36,930 bases of DNA from the NCBI GenBank assembly GCA_041494685.1, contig JBGQBE010000029.1, positions 1 to 36,930 on the forward strand, in the 5' to 3' direction. The position numbers and the translations under genes were made by a program. Shown in pieces: positions 17,776 through 23,820 of the stretch. Source of the DNA: Dehalococcoidia bacterium. GTDB lineage: Bacteria > Chloroflexota > Dehalococcoidia > DSTF01 > JACRBR01. The number at the start of each line of letters is the position of its first letter. The stretch's first letter is position 1. The notes beneath the pieces are model-generated. The model was not told the origin of the DNA and did not search any database. It saw only the letters and a program-made list of their open reading frames with translations.

Positions 17776-18681
17776 ATGCCGATGACCATGCCGAAGATCT
17801 ACGTCCCGGGCGGCAGCCCGGAGGACGCGCGCCAGGCGGAGGCAGCGGGGGCCGACGGCGTCTTCGTGGGCGACCACGTGACCTTCTACGGCTCCGGCAG
17901 CGACGCGCTGATCCGCCTCACCTGCATCGCCGCCGTGACGACGAAGCTGGAGTTGCAGACGTGCGTGTACCTGCTGGCGCTACGCCATCCGACGCCGGTG
18001 GCGCTGCAGGCGGCGCAGGTCGATCAGCTCTCGCAGGGGCGGCTGACCATGGGCATCGGCATCGGCGGCGAGGACCCGAACGAGTGGTGGGCGTGCGGCG
18101 TCGACCCGAAGACGCGCGCACGCCGCACCGACGAGGGCATGCAGATCCTGCGCAGCCTCTGGACGCAGGAGGAGACGACGTTCGACGGCAAGTACTTCAA
18201 GCTGAAGGGCGTGCGGATGCGTCCGAAGCCGTACCGCGCAGGCGGCGTGACGATGCAGGTCGGCGGCCGCTCCGACGCCGCGCTGCGCCGCGCCGCGCGA
18301 TTCGCCGACGGCTGGACGGGCATCTGGGTCTCGGTGCGGCGGTTCAGCGAGGCGGGCGACAAGATCGCCGAGTTCGCGGCGGACGCCGGACGCGACGTGA
18401 CCGGCTTCCCCCGCGGCATGCAGGTGTGGATGGGCGTCGACAAGGACCGGGCCGCCGCACGCGAGAAGGTCGCGGGCAGCATGCAGGCGTTCTACAAGCT
18501 GCCGTTCCAGTCGTTCGAGAAGTACACGCCGTACGGCACCCCGGCCGAGGTGGCTGCATTCGTCGCGCCGTACGTCGAGGCGGGCTGCCGCTGGCTGAAC
18601 TTCGTCGTGGCGGACACGCCGGAGGCGATCCTGGAGCGCGCGCTGGCCGTGCGCGAGGAGTTGGCGAAGATCTGCGGCTGA
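17776..18681 (+). CDS. LLM-class (luciferase-like) flavin-dependent oxidoreductase
   Basis: AEAAGADGVFVGDH, LRHP, VDQLSQGRLTMGIGIG, FDGKYF and RRAARFADGW. Start is one of three nearby ATGs. Confidence 0.92.
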   Translation: MPMTMPKIYVPGGSPEDARQAEAAGADGVFVGDHVTFYGSGSDALIRLTCIAAVTTKLELQTCVYLLALRHPTPVALQAAQVDQLSQGRLTMGIGIGGEDPNEWWACGVDPKTRARRTDEGMQILRSLWTQEETTFDGKYFKLKGVRMRPKPYRAGGVTMQVGGRSDAALRRAARFADGWTGIWVSVRRFSEAGDKIAEFAADAGRDVTGFPRGMQVWMGVDKDRAAAREKVAGSMQAFYKLPFQSFEKYTPYGTPAEVAAFVAPYVEAGCRWLNFVVADTPEAILERALAVREELAKICG

Positions 18682-18688
18682 GCCGCCG

Positions 18689-19018
18689 CTACTCCACCAC
18701 CGGCTTCTCGGTCGTGATGAGCGACGCGACGCGGCTGTGATCGATGAAGTTCTTCTCGTCCTCGATCGCCGCGCGCACCTCGGGCGAGCCCATCGCGGCG
18801 CGCAGCGCGTCCATGTTGTCGAACCAGAGCTCGGCCGCGCCGTCATACGCCGGCGCGGTCCCCTGCCCGTAGAGCGCGGGCACGACGTGGCACTGCACGT
18901 AGCGGCGCAGCCCCGGGATGCGGCCGGCGATCGGGCCGTGGGTCTCGCGCCAGTAGCGCTGGAACTCCTCGACGCTCAGCTCCCGCTTCTTCGAGATGCA
19001 GTAGATCAGCTTGACCAC
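18689..19018 (-). CDS. EthD family protein
   Basis: KLIY..., EEFQRYWRETHGPI, IPGLRRYVQ, YDGAAELWF and DEKNFID. AGGAGG lies 6 nt before GTG 19018. Confidence 0.92.
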   Translation of the reverse strand: MVKLIYCISKKRELSVEEFQRYWRETHGPIAGRIPGLRRYVQCHVVPALYGQGTAPAYDGAAELWFDNMDALRAAMGSPEVRAAIEDEKNFIDHSRVASLITTEKPVVE

Positions 19019-19191
19019 GGACGTCCTCCTGACTGACCCAGATAGTGGCACACCGGCCCCGCTGCGTCATCGCGTCTCCGTTATGTCATGTTACATCCGG
19101 GCGCCGGATTCGTAACCTCCGGCCCGTTGCCAGCGCACGGGCAGGCGCGCATAGTGGAAGGCGGGGCGCACTATCGCGGCGAGGCGGCACT

Positions 19192-19467
19192 ATGCGACGA
19201 CTCGACGAACTCCGCACCGTAACGATCAGCACCGCCGGCGCCCGCACGGTCGAAGGCCAGGTGCGCGTGCGCGGCATCGATGCGCGCGCCGGCGGCCGCG
19301 GCTTCGTGTACGAGCGCCGTGAGGCCGTCTCGCTGCTGATCCGCGAGCCAGGATCGCTGCGGCGCGTCGCCTTGCCACGGGCGCGGCGCAGCGCGCTCGC
19401 CGTCTGGATCGCCGCACCGATCGCGGCCTGCATCGCCAAGCGCCTGGTAGCGCGTAGAAGGAGCTGA
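19192..19467 (+). CDS. Hypothetical protein with a C-terminal hydrophobic anchor (91 aa)
   Basis: GAGG RBS before ATG 19192. Ends 3 nt before the next gene and supplies its AGGAG RBS. Confidence 0.65.
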   Translation: MRRLDELRTVTISTAGARTVEGQVRVRGIDARAGGRGFVYERREAVSLLIREPGSLRRVALPRARRSALAVWIAAPIAACIAKRLVARRRS

Positions 19468-19470
19468 GCC

Positions 19471-19920
19471 ATGGAACTGCAAGCAGCGACCGAGGAGATG
19501 GTCCGCCAGATCGCCAACCTGCCGCAGGAGCTGGACGCAGCGTCCTGCTTCGGAACGCCGGTCGAGCGTGAGGGTCACACGCTGATCCCGGTGGCGCGGG
19601 TGTCGTTCGGCTACGGCGTGGGCTTCGGCGGCGGGACCGGCACGGACAAGAAGCGCGGCGGCGACGGGCTCGATGCGCCAGCCAGCGGAGAAGGCCTGGG
19701 CGGCGGTGGCGGCGGCGGCGGCAACGCCACGCCTGTAGCCGTGGTAGACATCTCGCGCGACAGCGTGGAGATCAAGCCGATCGTCGACGAATCGCGCATC
19801 GCTCGGACGGCCATCATGACCGGAGCATGGGTCGCGTTCTGGCTGCTGTGGACCGTGCGCACGATCTCGCGCGAGCACCAGAAGACACGCCGGCTGTCGA
19901 TCGAGAAGGCGCGAGACTAG
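19471..19920 (+). CDS. YtfJ/GerW-family protein with a C-terminal TM helix
   Basis: FGTPVEREGHTLIPVARVSFGYGVGFGGG...GGGGGGGNATPVAVV. Confidence 0.85.
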   Translation: MELQAATEEMVRQIANLPQELDAASCFGTPVEREGHTLIPVARVSFGYGVGFGGGTGTDKKRGGDGLDAPASGEGLGGGGGGGGNATPVAVVDISRDSVEIKPIVDESRIARTAIMTGAWVAFWLLWTVRTISREHQKTRRLSIEKARD

Positions 19921-19925
19921 CCCCG

Positions 19926-20114
19926 CTACTTCGCCTCGCCTTCGGCCTTCGCCTCGCCCTGCGCGGCGGGTGCCGCGGCAACGAGCTGGCCGTGCGCCTC
20001 CTGCCACTTGAGCGCGAGCGGCGTGCAGCCCGTGCACGCGACCGAGTGCGCGCCCATCGCCGTGCCGCCGCCCGTCACGAACGTCCCGCAGAACGAGCAT
20101 TTCCCCTGTGGCAT
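19926..20114 (-). CDS. 62-aa stand-alone ClpX-type C4 zinc-finger-like protein
   Basis: MPQGKCSFCG...VACTGC. GAGGAG RBS. Appears only as the 3' part of a longer ORF-track entry. Confidence 0.75.
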   Translation of the reverse strand: MPQGKCSFCGTFVTGGGTAMGAHSVACTGCTPLALKWQEAHGQLVAAAPAAQGEAKAEGEAK

Positions 20115-20143
20115 CTCGTCTCCTCGTGCCTGCGCCGGTGCGG

Positions 20144-20623
20144 TTACGCCCGGCTCTTCAGCTCCGTCAGCGCCTGCAGGATCTCCAACGAGTGCCCCGC
20201 CGGCGTCACCTTCGGGAACACCTTCGCGATCGTCCCGTCCGGCGCGATGATAAACGTCGCGCGGTCGACGCCCATGTAGTCGCGCCCCATAAACTTCTTG
20301 GGGCCCCAGACGCCGTAGCGGTCCGAGACCGCGTGCCCTTCGTCCGCCAGCAGCGGAAACGGCAGGCTGAACTTGTCGCGGAACTTCTGGTGCGACTTCA
20401 CGGAGTCGGGCGATACGCCGAACAGCACCGCTTCGCCGGAGAGCAGCGACCAGTTGTCGCGGATCTCGCAGGCCTCGGTCGTGCAGCCGGGCGTATCGTC
20501 CTTCGGGTACCAGTACAGCACCACCCACTGCCCGCGCAGGCCGTCGAGCGTCACCCGCTCGCCGCGATCGTTCTCGAGATCGAACTGCGGCGCCTGGACA
20601 CCTTCCACCAGCGTTGTCGGCAC
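20144..20623 (-). CDS. bcp: Peroxiredoxin Bcp/PrxQ
   Basis: YWYPKDDTPGCTTEAC (PxxxTxxC plus resolving Cys), GVSPD and RATFII. Confidence 0.95.
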   Translation of the reverse strand: MPTTLVEGVQAPQFDLENDRGERVTLDGLRGQWVVLYWYPKDDTPGCTTEACEIRDNWSLLSGEAVLFGVSPDSVKSHQKFRDKFSLPFPLLADEGHAVSDRYGVWGPKKFMGRDYMGVDRATFIIAPDGTIAKVFPKVTPAGHSLEILQALTELKSRA

Positions 20624-20705
20624 GTGTCACCCCTTCCGCTTCATGCGAACACCAGCAGCATCGTAGACGATGACGCGGCCAAGATCACAGGGCAGCGGTG
20701 GGGGG

Positions 20706-21659
20706 TCAGGCGGCGGCGATCTCGTCCGCGCCGAGCCGCTCGGTCGCGCGCAGCTCGCGCGTGTAGCAGACGTCGACGTGGTGGTAGTGGAAGCCGCTCG
20801 ATTCGTACAGCGCGACGGCCGCCTCGTTCGACTCGTCCACGTAGATCGCGGCGACGTCGGCGGCGCGCGCCGCAAGGTGCGCGAGCCCGCGCGCCAGCAG
20901 GAAGCGGCCCAGGCTGCGGCCCCGGTGCTCCGGCGCGGTGCCGATGACGTAGATCTCGCCGACGCGGCCCTCGCCGGGGCGCTCGTCGATCTTCAGCCAG
21001 CAGAACCCGGCCAGCGCGCCGCTCGCCTCCAGCAGCAGCACGTCTCGCGGGTCGAACCACGGCAGCGCCATGCGCGCGCGCAGGTCCTCCAGCGTCCACG
21101 CGCCGTTCTCGGGGTGCCCGGCGAAGATCCGATTGTTCAGCTCCAGCCAGCGCTCGTCGTCCTCGCCGGGACGCATCGCACGGACGCGCACGTCCTCGAC
21201 CGCCGGGGCATGCGGCAGCTCGCGCACGTGCCGGTGGAGGTGCAGCAGGCGGCGCGCCGCCCGGAAGCCGAACGCCGACGCGATGCTCGCACCCGCGCCA
21301 CGGTCGTTGTAGGCCCAGACGTCGAGCTTCCGCGCCTGCTGGCTGTTGGCGTGCATGATGGCGTGCGAGAGCAGCAGGCGGCCGAGACCGCGCTGCCGGA
21401 AGTCGGGGTGCACGACGAACTCGCAGGAGGCGCGGCGCTCGTCGCCCTCGCCGTACGTGACCGTGTGGGCGTAGCCGGCCAGGCGGTTGTCCTCGAACGC
21501 CAGCATGGCCGCCGCGAGGTCGTCGCCGCGCTGCAAGCGCAGGAACTTGTGCTCGCCCAGCGGCTCGTGGCCGTCAGCGCGCACGGCAGCTTCGACCAGC
21601 GCGGGAAGCTGCTCGAGGTGCTGGTCATCGAGTTGTGAGACGATCTCTACATGGTTCAT
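20706..21659 (-). CDS. mshD: Tandem-GNAT acetyltransferase, mycothiol synthase MshD-like
   Basis: ADGHEPLGEH, EFVVHPDFRQRGLG, LNNRIFAGHPENGAWT, GFCWLK, GEIYVIG and YVDESNEAAVALYES. Confidence 0.82.
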   Translation of the reverse strand: MNHVEIVSQLDDQHLEQLPALVEAAVRADGHEPLGEHKFLRLQRGDDLAAAMLAFEDNRLAGYAHTVTYGEGDERRASCEFVVHPDFRQRGLGRLLLSHAIMHANSQQARKLDVWAYNDRGAGASIASAFGFRAARRLLHLHRHVRELPHAPAVEDVRVRAMRPGEDDERWLELNNRIFAGHPENGAWTLEDLRARMALPWFDPRDVLLLEASGALAGFCWLKIDERPGEGRVGEIYVIGTAPEHRGRSLGRFLLARGLAHLAARAADVAAIYVDESNEAAVALYESSGFHYHHVDVCYTRELRATERLGADEIAAA

Positions 21660-21719
21660 CAGGGTTTCCCCGGAGGGTTATCGGCAGCCGTGCCGGCTAC
21701 CGGGAGTGTACCGCGCTCC

Positions 21720-21741
21720 ATTGTAATTGCAACTAGTTGCA
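21720..21741 (-). promoter_or_regulatory. -10 element TACAAT with an adjacent perfect 14-bp palindrome (candidate operator) upstream of mshD-bcp
   Basis: TGCAACTAGTTGCA at 21728-21741. ATTGTA at 21720-21725 reads TACAAT on the minus strand. Confidence 0.6.
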
Positions 21742-21748
21742 GTCCCCG

Positions 21749-22228
21749 CTACGCCGGCGCGGGCTCCGGCACGACTTCGCCCTCCATCACGGCGCCCGTC
21801 TCCTCGTCGGTGATCTCGTACCACTCACGGATCTCGACGCTGTGGTGCAGCATCGCGAAGACGGGGCAGTAGCGGATCATCGTCAGCTCAATCGCGCGCT
21901 GGACGTTCGCCTCGGCGATACCTCGCCCGCGCAGGACGTGGCGGAGACCGATGGTCGTGTAGACCCGCGGGTGCTCGTCGGCACGCGTCTGGGTGAGGCG
22001 CAACTCGTACGAACTCACGTCCTGGCGCATCTTGCGGAGGATCGAGATGGTGTCCATGCCCGTGCAGCCGCCGAGCGCGGCAAGCTGCATCTCCATCGGC
22101 GGCGGGCCCGCCAGCGGCCGGGCAGGGTCGACTGGCGAGTCCATCCTCAGCTCGAATCCGGAGGGCGTCGTCGCGGTGAACTCCAGCCCGCTGCTCAGTC
22201 GGAGGACCGTCTCCTTGCGCTCAACCAT
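21749..22228 (-). CDS. OsmC/YhfA-family protein
   Basis: GPPPMEMQLAALGGCTGMD..., HPRVYT and YCPV. AGGAG RBS. Confidence 0.92.
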   Translation of the reverse strand: MVERKETVLRLSSGLEFTATTPSGFELRMDSPVDPARPLAGPPPMEMQLAALGGCTGMDTISILRKMRQDVSSYELRLTQTRADEHPRVYTTIGLRHVLRGRGIAEANVQRAIELTMIRYCPVFAMLHHSVEIREWYEITDEETGAVMEGEVVPEPAPA

Positions 22229-22355
22229 CGCCCCGCTCCTTCCCGCACCCTCGCATCGCCTTGCCGATCCCAGCATTGGCGCTGGGGCCACGCGACACAA
22301 GATGCCGGGTGGGGCGAGAACAGGGGCGCAACGGGGGGTTGCGCCGGGACGAGAC

Positions 22356-22404
22356 AGAGCAGGAGGGCGACGGCGAGTCCCTTCGCCACGCGCCCTCCTG
22401 CTCT
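22356..22404 (-). other. Perfect 14-bp stem-loop in the long osmC leader
   Basis: AGAGCAGGAGGGCG / CGCCCTCCTGCTCT, with an inner GGCGA/TCGCC stem. Confidence 0.6.
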
Positions 22405-22575
22405 CGCGCGGAGTACCGTGCTCCGCGAGCCCTACCAGAGGCGAATTGACAATACCGCGCCTGGTGGCTCGCGTTCAACCATAGATGGTGTACATCTTGT
22501 ACCGTTTTCGGGCAGTCACCGAAAATTTCACCGACCCGTGGTCTTGCGAATCGACATGGGTCGTGATTCGCCCGC

Positions 22576-23229
22576 TTATGGGCTGACGTTGGCGCCGGGG
22601 TGTGGCGTCCCGGCGGCCGCGGAGGGCGTGCGCTTGATGCCGCCGGACGGGTTGGGGAAGGTCCGCACGGCGCCCGCCTTCAGCGTGCCGCCGGCCCAGT
22701 CGTAGGTCGTCTCGCGCAGCTGACTGGGGCAGCACTCCGGATCGTCCGGCCCGGGGACCGGCTGCGTCATGATCAGCTTGCCGCCCTCGATGCGAACCGC
22801 AAGCCCCGCCGTATCGACGCCCTGCGGAAATTCTCGCAGAAGGAGCTTTACGCCGGAGCCGTCGGGCGTCAGCACGACGAACCCGATGTCGCCCAGCGTG
22901 CCGCCGGAGTCCGCGGGCACCACGGCATCTTCGACACCGTCGCCGGTGAGGTCGGCGTAGAGCACTTCGCGCGCCACGAACTGCCCGCCCGTGTCAGCGA
23001 GCAGGCTCGCGACTGCGGCGCTCTTGCTTAGGTCGATGCCGCGGATGCGGGAGTCGATCGTCGGCTCGGGCGTGAGCACCGGCGGCCGCGAGGACGTGGC
23101 GACGGCGGTGAGACCGCTGGTGGGTGCGGGCGTGGGCGTCTTGCTGCCGGAACTGCTGCGGCAGCCCGCCGCGGCGAAGATCGCCAGGGCCGCGATGGAC
23201 GTGAGTATGAGCGGCGGTCGCGGGGTCAT
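22576..23229 (-). CDS. Putative lipoprotein (LppP/LprE-like C-terminal domain)
   Basis: Signal peptide with an AAAGC lipobox, a Pro/Thr linker, YADLTGDGVEDAVV and DPECCPS. TTGCCG-18-TACACT-6-ATG suggests a leaderless start. Confidence 0.82.
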   Translation of the reverse strand: MTPRPPLILTSIAALAIFAAAGCRSSSGSKTPTPAPTSGLTAVATSSRPPVLTPEPTIDSRIRGIDLSKSAAVASLLADTGGQFVAREVLYADLTGDGVEDAVVPADSGGTLGDIGFVVLTPDGSGVKLLLREFPQGVDTAGLAVRIEGGKLIMTQPVPGPDDPECCPSQLRETTYDWAGGTLKAGAVRTFPNPSGGIKRTPSAAAGTPHPGANVSP

Positions 23230-23275
23230 CGCCTGAGTGTAGGGTGCCGGTCCGCGGCGCGGCAAGGCGCGTTTC

Positions 23276-23304
23276 TTGAAGCGCCGCGCGCGCGTTGCTA
23301 GAAT
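23276..23304 (+). promoter_or_regulatory. Promoter of tRNA-Val
   Basis: TTGAAG, 17 nt, TAGAAT with extended TG. Confidence 0.75.
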
Positions 23305-23317
23305 GCGCCGTCTCCAG

Positions 23318-23393
23318 GGGCGGTTGGCTCAGCTGGTAGAGCGCTTCCTTCACACGGAAGAGGTCACAGGTTCGAGTCCTGTACCGCCCACCA
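23318..23393 (+). tRNA. tRNA-Val(CAC)
   Basis: Acceptor GGGCGGT/ACCGCCC, anticodon arm CTTCC-TTCACAC-GGAAG, GGTTCGAGTCC T-arm, encoded CCA. Confidence 0.97.
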
Positions 23394-23431
23394 TCCTCCT
23401 TCTCCGCGCACGGACCGCCAATCCGGCCGAA

Positions 23432-23460
23432 TTGCAGGCGATCACACCCCTTGCTACAAT
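23432..23460 (+). promoter_or_regulatory. Promoter of the tRNA-Leu/Arg/CAT cluster
   Basis: TTGCAG, 17 nt, TACAAT with extended TG. Confidence 0.75.
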
Positions 23461-23486
23461 CCCGAAGCCGCTCGTAGTGACCCGGC

Positions 23487-23572
23487 GCCGAGGTGGCGGA
23501 ACGGCAGACGCGCTACGTTCAGGGCGTAGTGTCCGCAAGGGCGTGCGGGTTCAAATCCCGCCCTCGGCACCA
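23487..23572 (+). tRNA. tRNA-Leu(CAG)
   Basis: Acceptor GCCGAGG/CCTCGGC, anticodon arm CTACG-TTCAGGG-CGTAG, long variable arm, CCA. Confidence 0.97.
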
Positions 23573-23591
23573 ATCATCGCGAGTATCGCGT

Positions 23592-23667
23592 GCGCTTGTA
23601 GCTCAGTGGATAGAGCGCTACCCTGCGGAGGTAGAGGCCGTGGGTTCGAGTCCCGCCAAGCGCGCCA
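23592..23667 (+). tRNA. tRNA-Arg(GCG)
   Basis: Acceptor GCGCTTG/CAAGCGC, anticodon arm CTACC-CTGCGGA-GGTAG, A20, CCA. Confidence 0.95.
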
Positions 23668-23698
23668 TTTTTCTCCCGCCCGATGCGCCGCATCGCAT

Positions 23699-23774
23699 GG
23701 CAGCGTAGCTCAGGGGTTAGAGCAACCGGCTCATAATCGGTAGGTCGTTGGTTCGAATCCAACCGCTGCTACCA
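23699..23774 (+). tRNA. tRNA with CAT anticodon, non-initiator (Ile2 or elongator Met)
   Basis: Acceptor GGCAGCG/CGCTGCT, anticodon arm ACCGG-CTCATAA-TCGGT. No C1:A72 mismatch and no GGG/CCC stem. The anticodon arm resembles Ile2. Confidence 0.92.
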
Positions 23775-23782
23775 CGCACACG

Positions 23783-23808
23783 AGAGCGGCCCCTGTGCCG
23801 CTCTTTTT
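23783..23808 (+). terminator. Intrinsic terminator after the tRNA cluster
   Basis: AGAGCGGC-ccctgt-GCCGCTCT-TTTT. Confidence 0.85.
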
Positions 23809-23820
23809 CACGCCCGCCGC

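Noticed and set aside
21678..21685. Sigma28 promoter (GCCGATAA) before mshD
   Set aside because: Perfect -10 but CCCG at the -35 position, and sigma70-type -10 elements are present further upstream.
23276..23762. ORF-track ORFs across the tRNA cluster
   Set aside because: They overlap four well-formed tRNA genes and are spurious.
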